This document shows, piece after piece, positions 10,020 through 18,386 of a stretch of 64,000 nt of DNA. Position 1 is the first letter of the stretch. Each line of letters opens with the position of its first letter. A program made the position numbers and the translations under genes. The DNA is from a virus. The stretch is taken from IMG/VR virus record IMGVR_UViG_3300024262_003767. The stretch is one strand, 5' to 3'. The notes beneath the pieces were generated by a model. The model saw nothing but the letters and a program-made list of their open reading frames with translations. It had not been told where the DNA came from and made no database searches.

Positions 10020-10265
10020 ATGAAAAATTACTTTAAACAAAGATTAAAAAGAGACAAACAAAATAAGATGATTGCTGGCGTTTGTTCAGGAATCGCAAAT
10101 TATTTTGATGTAGATCCAGTATTAGTAAGATCGGTATTTCTCGTTGGATTATTAATGCCGATTAATGGTTTTCCATTGATATATATTGTATTATGGATTT
10201 TAACACCATACGAAGAAGTTGAAGTTAAACATTATAGTAATGAAAAATATTCAGATGAAAAATAA
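10020..10265 (+). CDS. PspC-domain membrane protein
   Basis: LKRDKQNKMIAGVCSGIANYFDVDPVLVRSVFLVGLL...LIYIVLWILTP matches the PspC domain consensus (R...iaGVCgGlA.Y...dp..vR..f). Confidence 0.7.
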   Translation: MKNYFKQRLKRDKQNKMIAGVCSGIANYFDVDPVLVRSVFLVGLLMPINGFPLIYIVLWILTPYEEVEVKHYSNEKYSDEK

Positions 10266-10275
10266 AATTAATAAA

Positions 10276-10515
10276 ATGAAAACAATGAAAACTATGCTAA
10301 TAATTTTAGCAATCCTAATGTTAGGAACAACACTTGGAACATCAACACCAAAAGTAAATGAATCTATTTTTGATTTTCCTGAAGAAGAATATATTGATGA
10401 TATTCCTTTTGATACAGATAAGGTAATTAACCAGGACACTTTTAAAATGGAAGAAGAAGGTTATATTGATGATATTCCATTTAATACAGAAAAAGTTGTA
10501 GAAGAATTATCATAA
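10276..10515 (+). CDS. small secreted protein with tandem acidic repeats
   Basis: Signal-like MKTMKTMLIILAILMLGTTLG; tandem repeat EEEYIDDIPFDTDKV / EEGYIDDIPFNTEKV; start moved to an internal Met after the PspC stop (track ORF begins 10219). Confidence 0.5.
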   Translation: MKTMKTMLIILAILMLGTTLGTSTPKVNESIFDFPEEEYIDDIPFDTDKVINQDTFKMEEEGYIDDIPFNTEKVVEELS

Positions 10516-11070
10516 TTCCTCTACAACTATATTTGTCTTATTGTGTTCGTGATCTGAATAAATATATTTACTTCCAAATAATGGCACTTCTTTCAAATTA
10601 TCTTTTACATACTTACCCCCCATTCCTTTCTTAACATAAGCAATTGTCATGTGTGCATGATAATCTGGATGATTATTTGTGTATTCAAATCTAAAGCACA
10701 TAGTCTTATTAAGTTCTCTTAACTTATCTGAGTGAATATCAAATTTAACAACATCATATTCATCTTGTTCAAATATTGTTATATCACCTCTCATAATATC
10801 ATCTATATCTTCCAATTTAGGTAAATATGTTTTGATATCTTTTGCTATACCATCATAGTGATGAAATCCATATAAAATTGTACAATGTGCCTCATCTTCA
10901 TATCCATAATCATTTGTATCATCATCATCTTGTGATGTGTAAATATCTTCTTCTGGTATCATTCTTCTAATAAATTCGATCCAATTACTAAAAGAAAAAT
11001 ATAACATCAGACAACCTAATTTTGGTTTATCATCTTCCATATAGTTATCAAATTTTAGTATTTCAGCCAT
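10510..11070 (-). CDS. 2H phosphoesterase (LigT/CPDase-like, 2',3'-cyclic phosphodiesterase family)
   Basis: Two H-x-T-x motifs HCTILYG and HMTIAYV; start placed at Met MAEILKFDNY (11070) because the track start at 11160 would overlap the divergent gene 11121. Confidence 0.75.
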   Translation of the reverse strand: MAEILKFDNYMEDDKPKLGCLMLYFSFSNWIEFIRRMIPEEDIYTSQDDDDTNDYGYEDEAHCTILYGFHHYDGIAKDIKTYLPKLEDIDDIMRGDITIFEQDEYDVVKFDIHSDKLRELNKTMCFRFEYTNNHPDYHAHMTIAYVKKGMGGKYVKDNLKEVPLFGSKYIYSDHEHNKTNIVVEEL

Positions 11071-11120
11071 AATTTTAATGCTTTTTCTTTTATATATAAA
11101 TAAAAATATTTTTTGTTTAA

Positions 11121-11684
11121 ATGACTGAAAATTTAATAATTGTTGATGTACAACCAACATATAACAAATTTATAGATTTTGATATTGGTGAATTTGTTAG
11201 TTGGATAAATAACTCATCTTTTGATGAGGTTTTTTGTTTATATAATGGTCCTGAATTAGGTTATGAAGATGATGAATGGAGAATATCAAATTGGTATTAT
11301 GATTGGGGATTAGATAGGGATATAAGTTTTAGATTTTTTGAAAAATCTTATGGTTGGTTTCGTGATTTTATGGAAGATATGGATGATGATAATATAATTT
11401 CTATTGGTAAATATATGATAGAACACGACATATGGGATTCGAGATATTTTAAAAAGAAAGATATAAAAATTTTAAAAGATAGAGGAATAAGTACAAGGTA
11501 TTTAGGTAAAGAAAGTAGAGTAATGTATATACCTGAATTAAAAGATTACTTATCAAATAATATATATACTAACGAAGAAATTATTATTTGTGGTGGTGGT
11601 GTCGATGAATGTTACAAAGAAGTTAATATGTTATTGGAAATGATGGGATATAAATTTAAAGAAAAAATAAAATTTGTCTATTAA
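11121..11684 (+). CDS. hypothetical protein
   Basis: 187-aa ORF with upstream TATATATAAATAAAAAT motif; TAATG overlap with next gene. Confidence 0.55.
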   Translation: MTENLIIVDVQPTYNKFIDFDIGEFVSWINNSSFDEVFCLYNGPELGYEDDEWRISNWYYDWGLDRDISFRFFEKSYGWFRDFMEDMDDDNIISIGKYMIEHDIWDSRYFKKKDIKILKDRGISTRYLGKESRVMYIPELKDYLSNNIYTNEEIIICGGGVDECYKEVNMLLEMMGYKFKEKIKFVY

Positions 11685-12703
11685 TGTATAGTAAAGAACC
11701 AATTATAAAGTTATTAACATCTATGATCAAATCTTATGTAGAATATGGAGATGAGATAGGTTATACAAAAAAAGAGATGGATGATATTATTGAAAAATAT
11801 GAGTTATTATATTTAGATTATGACTATAACGATGCAATCTTATTATATGACGAAAAATATGTAACAAAAAAAGAGTTTACAGATAAAATTCGTGAACTTT
11901 TTGATGATGCCCAAAATGGTCATTTAGATATTGATATCGTAGAATATATTGAGTTTTTAGAAAAAAATAGTTTAGTTAATATTTGTATAGATAAAATGGA
12001 ACGATCTGATATTAAAAAAGATGATGATGGTAATTGGTATTTTTATGCAAAAGGTGGTTGGGATTATTTTTGTGATTGGTTTAAGGTTGATAGTGATTAT
12101 AGAGACAATGTTGTTAAAATGATATTAAATGGTGAAGGTTATGAATTGTTTGATTATAATCCTAGCGATTATTCTGATTTTTCGTATATAAATATAAATG
12201 ATGATAATTTGAAATATTTGAAAACTATTGTTCAAAATATGAAAGATGATTTTGAACTTGATCAAGATGAAATAGATAATATAGGTGATATAGATGATGT
12301 TTATAGTATTGCTAAAAATAATGATTTAGATGATTTAGAGACTGCATTAACAATGGTAAATTGTAGAGCGCAGGGTTATGCTGATGAGGGTGAAGCATAT
12401 GACTACACAACTAATCTAATTCTAGAACATTTTAATCTTACTCTTGATGGATTAAAATGGGTAAAATTTAATAAAAATTCCGAATATGATGATACTTTAA
12501 AAATAAAATTTAAAGATGAAGAATCCGCAAAAAATGCTATAATTTTATTATATAAGATCGAAAATAGAACTTATGATGATGATGATTTTTTTATAGAATG
12601 GAGTTCACCCTACGGTGGTTGGATTGGAGACGCAGATAAATATATTGATGATGAAATACAAGAAAGAGTTCCAGATTATGTTGATGAAAAATATTTGCCT
12701 TAA
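11684..12703 (+). CDS. highly acidic hypothetical protein
   Basis: 339 aa, D/E-rich (DDDDFFIEW, DEIDNIGDIDD). Confidence 0.55.
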   Translation: MYSKEPIIKLLTSMIKSYVEYGDEIGYTKKEMDDIIEKYELLYLDYDYNDAILLYDEKYVTKKEFTDKIRELFDDAQNGHLDIDIVEYIEFLEKNSLVNICIDKMERSDIKKDDDGNWYFYAKGGWDYFCDWFKVDSDYRDNVVKMILNGEGYELFDYNPSDYSDFSYININDDNLKYLKTIVQNMKDDFELDQDEIDNIGDIDDVYSIAKNNDLDDLETALTMVNCRAQGYADEGEAYDYTTNLILEHFNLTLDGLKWVKFNKNSEYDDTLKIKFKDEESAKNAIILLYKIENRTYDDDDFFIEWSSPYGGWIGDADKYIDDEIQERVPDYVDEKYLP

Positions 12704-12724
12704 AAAATTAATATATACAGTACA

Positions 12725-12934
12725 ATGAAAAGATTGAAAAAGTTAAACGAATTATTTTTTGATAGAAGTGAATTAGATGATGGTAATGTTAGATTTTACC
12801 TATTAAATCCCGATACAAATAAAGGTTTTGCGTTTGATGTAGAACGTGAAGATATGAATACTTTAGAAGATATCCTGAAACGCAACAATGTAGTATATGA
12901 AATTGATGATGGTGGAAATGATTTACCGTTTTAA
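12725..12934 (+). CDS. small acidic hypothetical protein
   Basis: 69-aa ORF. Confidence 0.45.
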   Translation: MKRLKKLNELFFDRSELDDGNVRFYLLNPDTNKGFAFDVEREDMNTLEDILKRNNVVYEIDDGGNDLPF

Positions 12935-12964
12935 AAAATGAAATAAAAAATTAAATATATACAT

Positions 12965-13342
12965 TTGGAAAATAAAATACAACACATGTTTAAAAATACC
13001 TCTGAAAGATTTAAAGATATGAATTTCGGGCAAAAAATAATTATCGGCATTTTAACAACCGTTGGTGCCGCAATAATTATAGGGTTATTTATTATGGCAA
13101 CAAAAGTATATTCTTTTGAAGTTGATATAACAGACATTAAAGGTGATATGAAAGAAAAAGCGGCAATAGAGTATGTTGACAAATCTATCGAAAATATAGA
13201 TATTAGTGTTGGTACAAATGGCGAAAAAATAAAAGCTATCAAAGAAGAAGATATCAAAGACATAAAGGAAGGTATCAAAGATTTAAATAATAAAATAGAT
13301 GAAAACCAAAAATTCATCCTTGAGTATATCAAAAACAAATAA
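12965..13342 (+). CDS. single-pass membrane protein with coiled-coil
   Basis: TM segment IIIGILTTVGAAIIIGLFIMA followed by a K/E-rich heptad-like region. Confidence 0.5.
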   Translation: MENKIQHMFKNTSERFKDMNFGQKIIIGILTTVGAAIIIGLFIMATKVYSFEVDITDIKGDMKEKAAIEYVDKSIENIDISVGTNGEKIKAIKEEDIKDIKEGIKDLNNKIDENQKFILEYIKNK

Positions 13343-13423
13343 AAATTTCCATAAATTATACATTTTTTAAACTTCACAATATTTTTTAATATATAATCAT
13401 CAAATTAAAAAATAATTTGTGAT

Positions 13424-13771
13424 ATGAAAAGAAAATATAGTGATTATTTGGACGCATCAGGAAATTGGCAATTATTAGTAAATGGTGACGAAGATAGTTG
13501 GTGGGATTATAAAGGTGATTGTATTGAAAGAATTTTAGAATTATTAAGTTCAGAAAGTGGTTTACAGGAATTTGATTATGAAGGTGACATTCTAGATTTA
13601 GAAGATCTTAAATATGAATTGGAAAGTCTTTCTGAAGAAGATTTTTATACTGTATTAGAAGAAATAAAAAGAGAGTGTGATTTTTCAGGTGATATTAAAA
13701 TGTTTAATATATCAGATGAAGATGAAATAGATTTCTTAAAAGAAGAAAAAGAGTATTACGATTTCGATTAA
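13424..13771 (+). CDS. highly acidic small protein (DNA-mimic-like composition)
   Basis: 115 aa, large excess of D/E (GDEDSWWDY, DYEGDILDLEDLKYELESLSEEDF). Confidence 0.5.
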   Translation: MKRKYSDYLDASGNWQLLVNGDEDSWWDYKGDCIERILELLSSESGLQEFDYEGDILDLEDLKYELESLSEEDFYTVLEEIKRECDFSGDIKMFNISDEDEIDFLKEEKEYYDFD

Positions 13772-14487
13772 TCTTTATCCAACATAAATAAAGCCAAATC
13801 ATATTTTATTGGATCTTGGCTATCCATCTTTTTCAAATTATTAGTTAGTTCAATAACTGATTTCCAATCGTTTTGATTTCTGGTAAGTAATCCAAATTCT
13901 CTTGACATGTTTCCAACATGAACATCAAGAGGTATGTATAAATTGGACTTATCTATATTTTTCCATAATCCAAAATCTACATTATCATCTCTAACCATCC
14001 ATCTTAAAAACATATTTAATCTTTTTGCCGCTGAATTGTTTTCTACGTTGGAAAGGTGTTTTTCACTTCGTTGTTCATGTTCAAGAGAGAAAAAAATTTT
14101 CCAAAATCTAATTAAACTATTTTTTATATCATTCGTGAAAAATGTTTCCAATCCACTATAATTCAAATAAATATATCTTAGAGATTTCATATAATATATC
14201 ATATCAATATCCTTAATTGTTCTATGTTTAAATCCTTTAAGATTATTAAAATCTCCATATAAAATATAATTGTGAGGTTCATTATTCATTAATTCCATTA
14301 ATGAGTTTGACTTATTTATGATAATATCTCTCCTACCAAATGATATTATAGAAGTTAAAAATGCTGAGATTTCTATATCATAGAAACATTCAAATCTATG
14401 TGGAATTGATATTGGGTCATTTTCTATGAATAATTTATTATTATTAATTTTATAACTTTCTTCAAGTTGCTCTTTTATGTCTTTCAT
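13768..14487 (-). CDS. hypothetical protein
   Basis: 239-aa ORF, no confident motif. Confidence 0.5.
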   Translation of the reverse strand: MKDIKEQLEESYKINNNKLFIENDPISIPHRFECFYDIEISAFLTSIISFGRRDIIINKSNSLMELMNNEPHNYILYGDFNNLKGFKHRTIKDIDMIYYMKSLRYIYLNYSGLETFFTNDIKNSLIRFWKIFFSLEHEQRSEKHLSNVENNSAAKRLNMFLRWMVRDDNVDFGLWKNIDKSNLYIPLDVHVGNMSREFGLLTRNQNDWKSVIELTNNLKKMDSQDPIKYDLALFMLDKD

Positions 14488-14500
14488 TCTGTATTTCCAT

Positions 14501-15514
14501 TTATAAATTTTTTAAATTATATTTTAAATACCAATCTATAAATTTCTTTATTCCAATTTTGTATGATGTTGAAGGTTTAAAATCTATTGCTTCTTCCAGT
14601 AATGTGGTGTCTGCACCAGCATATCGAATATTTGTTATGTTGTTTCCAACAAAATCTTTTTCTGACTCTTTATTTAAATTTTTTTCAATCTCTTTAATAA
14701 AATCCATAATATTAATTGGTTCAGAATTACCAATATTATAAATTTTACATAAACCTATACTATTATCCTTCATTAATAAATAAATGCTTTTTACAACATC
14801 ATCAATATAAGTAAAATCTCTATAAATTTTACCATCATTATAAATTGTTATTGGTTTATTATTTATTATTTTTTTAGTAAAAATATAAGCGGCACTATCT
14901 GGTCTACCCCAAGGACCATAAACACTAAATAATCTCATACCTATTGTTTTAATGTTATGTATATGGCTATATGTGTGAGCCATTAATTCGTTAGATTTTT
15001 TAGTTGATGCACACATAGATATTGGTAAATTGGTGTTGTCTGTTTCTTTTAATAATATTTTACTTCTATCTGCTGTTAATCCATATACTGAAGATGCGCT
15101 TGCATACATTATTTTATCTACACCATAATCTTTTGATATTTCTAAAACACTATTAAACCCATGAATATTAATATTAATAAATTTGCTTGGATATACTTCA
15201 CTTAATTTTATTCCCGTAAGAGCAGCAAGATGTATAACAATTTTTACATGAAATTCTGAAAATATTTCTCTTAACCTTTTTGTATCGTTAATTTCTACAT
15301 ACGAAAAATCAAAATTTGAATATTTTTTACTTGTTACTGCTCTACCAATTTCTATTGTATCTATTCCTAATTCTTTAAGTCTATCTAATTTAATAGTATT
15401 ACTATAACCTATTTCTTCAAGAAAATCAACGCCAATAACATCTTCACCTTGTTCAATTAAATATTTTGCCAAATTAAACCCTACAAATCCAGCAACACCA
15501 GTAATTAGTATCAT
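14501..15514 (-). CDS. NAD-dependent epimerase/dehydratase (extended SDR, UDP-sugar 4-epimerase-like)
   Basis: Rossmann ILITGVAGFVGFNLAKYL; YASASSVYG; FSVYGPWGRPD; start placed at Met MILITG (15514) rather than track start 15598. Confidence 0.8.
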   Translation of the reverse strand: MILITGVAGFVGFNLAKYLIEQGEDVIGVDFLEEIGYSNTIKLDRLKELGIDTIEIGRAVTSKKYSNFDFSYVEINDTKRLREIFSEFHVKIVIHLAALTGIKLSEVYPSKFININIHGFNSVLEISKDYGVDKIMYASASSVYGLTADRSKILLKETDNTNLPISMCASTKKSNELMAHTYSHIHNIKTIGMRLFSVYGPWGRPDSAAYIFTKKIINNKPITIYNDGKIYRDFTYIDDVVKSIYLLMKDNSIGLCKIYNIGNSEPINIMDFIKEIEKNLNKESEKDFVGNNITNIRYAGADTTLLEEAIDFKPSTSYKIGIKKFIDWYLKYNLKNL

Positions 15515-15604
15515 AATTTTTTGATGTTTTATTTTTATATATTGATTTTTTATAAATAAAAAATAATTTTTAATATATAGATAGAGAAAAAATAACAATT
15601 TCTA

Positions 15605-16657
15605 ATGAAACATATTACACCTTTTAAAATTTTTGAAAATATCTCATATGATAAATTAGTTCCAATAGCAACAAATGAAATTAATTGGGGTTGGGAAGAC
15701 GATTCTGTTCATATTAAAGCGACAGTATTTTTCGATCCAACTGGTTCAGGCGAATTATTTTTAAGTATAAGAAGAGTACACACAAAACATGGACTTGGTG
15801 CTGGCAAATTTCCAAGTGATGTAATATCTTACGAACCAATAGGAACAATTGATAAACCAGATTTAAGAAAAGTACAACAATTATTGAGTAAACATAAATA
15901 TGGAACTTCATCTCGTGCGGGTGGAGGTGGTTTCAAAAGACAGTGGACTGACAATAAAGGTGATAATGTAGCTCTTGGTAAAATTATAACTAATTCTAGA
16001 TATCTTAAAATGTCCAATTTAAAAAACAAATTAGCAAAAAAACATACACCAAAAACTGAGATAATTGAAGATATAAAGATTATGAAATATGGTAGAGGTT
16101 ATGTTGTTTATGGACAAGGTACAAAGGCTATTAAGGATAAATTAAAACAAATTGGTGCTAGATTTAATTTTAGATTAACACATCCTGTAACAAAAGAAAA
16201 ATTTGTAGGTTGGGTTATTTCACCAAGCAAATTAAATGATGTTAAACAACTAGCTGGGGTTAAAATTATAACAGAATCTTATGTTTCCCAAAATTTAAAA
16301 AATGATATAAAAGAAAATTTTGATGATGGCGAATTGGTTAGATTTTTTCCAAAAATATATGAAGAATTTTTTGATATTATAACTGAAGATGATGAATTGG
16401 ATTATTCTGATTCTGATGAAGATGATATAGAATTTGATTTTGCTGAAGCCGTCAAAATGTACATTATGGATAATTTTGATGAAACATTAGAAATTAATTT
16501 CTTAGAATCATATTTAAATGAAAAGGAATTTAGTTCACCTTCAAAAGATTATAGAGATCTAAGTGAAAATGCTAAAATTATTTATGATAATTTAGAACAA
16601 AGATTAGAAATAGTTTTTTGGACTGCGTTAGAAAATCAATTAATAAGTAGTTTATGA
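15605..16657 (+). CDS. hypothetical protein with acidic C-terminus
   Basis: 350-aa ORF; Gly-rich SSRAGGGGFKRQW; upstream TTTTAATATATAGA motif. Confidence 0.55.
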   Translation: MKHITPFKIFENISYDKLVPIATNEINWGWEDDSVHIKATVFFDPTGSGELFLSIRRVHTKHGLGAGKFPSDVISYEPIGTIDKPDLRKVQQLLSKHKYGTSSRAGGGGFKRQWTDNKGDNVALGKIITNSRYLKMSNLKNKLAKKHTPKTEIIEDIKIMKYGRGYVVYGQGTKAIKDKLKQIGARFNFRLTHPVTKEKFVGWVISPSKLNDVKQLAGVKIITESYVSQNLKNDIKENFDDGELVRFFPKIYEEFFDIITEDDELDYSDSDEDDIEFDFAEAVKMYIMDNFDETLEINFLESYLNEKEFSSPSKDYRDLSENAKIIYDNLEQRLEIVFWTALENQLISSL

Positions 16658-16986
16658 AATATTTAAAAGTTTACGAAGAACACACCAAAAAGTATATGCC
16701 TATCTGTATATGGATTGGAGAAGGTGAGGATAGTTGGGATAGTTATTTTTCTGATGATATTGAATTTGATTTTGATGAGGCTCAAACTCGGTTATCAACT
16801 ATGAGAAGCGATTGGGAAAAGAATCAACCTGATGTGTATGATCATTATAAATTATCATTTATGGTTATACCATATTACAAATATGTTGCTATTCAAGATA
16901 TCGAAAAAGGTAGTGAGATAATGGAGTTATTAAATGATAATGAAAGATTAAATTTATTGATACAGTCAAAAAAATATAATTTATGA
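16654..16986 (+). CDS. hypothetical acidic protein
   Basis: ATGA overlaps with flanking genes. Confidence 0.5.
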   Translation: MKYLKVYEEHTKKYMPICIWIGEGEDSWDSYFSDDIEFDFDEAQTRLSTMRSDWEKNQPDVYDHYKLSFMVIPYYKYVAIQDIEKGSEIMELLNDNERLNLLIQSKKYNL

Positions 16987-17408
16987 AAAAATTTGAAGAA
17001 TTTAAAATTAATGAATCTTCAACACTCAAATACTCTGTTGTTGGAAGATTTATGACTAATAATGTTAAAAAATGGTTTTTTTCTGAGAATGACAATTTTG
17101 CTGAACTTAATTATTGGAACAAGAATCCAGATTATGCTTTTGAATTTAAACTCAAAAATTTCGATAAAGATATAATATCAAGGGTTGAAAAAATGAGAGA
17201 TTTTTTTAACTTAAAAAGAGATTGGAAAATAGTAGCAATAACATCAAGTAGAGTAGGGTTTTATTTTCATATAAAATCTGATGATATGCCTATAATCTTA
17301 GAAAGATTAAAAGAAATAGATCCTGAAAATATTAAAACAATTGATAGTCTTTTAAAAGGTTTAGAACAACGAAAAATATTAAATACTGCTAATAAATATA
17401 ATTTATAA
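16983..17408 (+). CDS. hypothetical protein
   Basis: 141-aa ORF, translationally coupled. Confidence 0.5.
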   Translation: MKKFEEFKINESSTLKYSVVGRFMTNNVKKWFFSENDNFAELNYWNKNPDYAFEFKLKNFDKDIISRVEKMRDFFNLKRDWKIVAITSSRVGFYFHIKSDDMPIILERLKEIDPENIKTIDSLLKGLEQRKILNTANKYNL

Positions 17409-17500
17409 TTATAAACTTTTTGACTAAATTTTTTTATATATAGACAAGTTTTAAAAGAATTAATTGGAGGTAATTTACTTACCTTTAAAAAAAAATTTTT

Positions 17501-18367
17501 ATGACGAAAGTAGATTACAAAACGAATTATATTGAACCTCAAGATTTTAACCTCTTAATTTCAAAATTAAGAGGATTTTTTATGGAAAATGGTTTCCTTG
17601 AGACATTTCCACAACCTAAATTAACAATACTTGCAGCGTGTGAAGACCCAAAAACTGTTAGAAGTTTTGAATTTGGTGGTGAAAAATTTCCACTACCCCA
17701 AACAAATCAGATGAACTTGGAAGAAGAACTTATGGTAGACTCAACAATAGATGGACTTTTTTGCTTAACAGCATCATATAGAGATGAACCAAACCCTATT
17801 GAAGGTCGCCACATGAAATCATTTCCAATGTTTGAAGCAGAACATAAAGGGGATTTTTCAAATCTAATACAAACAATAAGTGAGTGTTGTGTGTATTTAG
17901 GTTTAGTCGAAAAGGTTGCCGATATCCCAATATTCACATATGATGAACTTTGTGAACATTATAAAGTTGAAGATTTAACTTCTACTGAAGAAACATTGAT
18001 GTGTAAAGAATATGGTGATGTTGTCGCTATTACTATGTTTCCTGATAGGACAGATCCATTTTTCAACATGCGTGTTGATGGTTGTAACTTAAAAGGTGAA
18101 AAATTGTCCAACAAAGTAGATTTTATTGTTTGTGGACAGGAAACATTTGGTTGTGCTGAAAGAGAGATAGACATAAACTTAATGAGGAATAACTTCCACA
18201 CAATTAGTAATGGCGGGTATTCTGGACTATTATTTGAAAAATTTGGTAAGGAAAGAGTTGAAAAGGAATTGGAAGACTTTTTGAAATTGCCAATGATTGA
18301 AAGGTGGGGATTTGGTTGTGGTTTGACTAGATTATCAAGAGCAATGAAAAAGAAAGGATTAATTTAA
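17501..18367 (+). CDS. class II aminoacyl-tRNA-synthetase-like catalytic core protein (EpmA/GenX- or AsnA-like paralog)
   Basis: LRGFFMENGFLETFPQP resembles EpmA/LysRS motif 1 (IRRFFADRGVLEVETP); C-terminal ERWGFGCGLTRLSRAM resembles class II motif 3 (GxGxGxDRL); only 288 aa, so no anticodon-binding domain. Confidence 0.55.
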   Translation: MTKVDYKTNYIEPQDFNLLISKLRGFFMENGFLETFPQPKLTILAACEDPKTVRSFEFGGEKFPLPQTNQMNLEEELMVDSTIDGLFCLTASYRDEPNPIEGRHMKSFPMFEAEHKGDFSNLIQTISECCVYLGLVEKVADIPIFTYDELCEHYKVEDLTSTEETLMCKEYGDVVAITMFPDRTDPFFNMRVDGCNLKGEKLSNKVDFIVCGQETFGCAEREIDINLMRNNFHTISNGGYSGLLFEKFGKERVEKELEDFLKLPMIERWGFGCGLTRLSRAMKKKGLI

Positions 18368-18386
18368 TTAATCCTTTCTTTTTTTA
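18352..18386. terminator. bidirectional hairpin terminator between convergent genes
   Basis: gaaaggattaatttaattaatcctttc perfect inverted repeat followed by a T-run; overlaps both gene ends. Confidence 0.55.

Noticed and set aside
10251-10439. Minus-strand ORF inside the secreted repeat-protein gene
   Set aside because: Antisense to an ORF with a signal peptide and tandem repeats; spurious.
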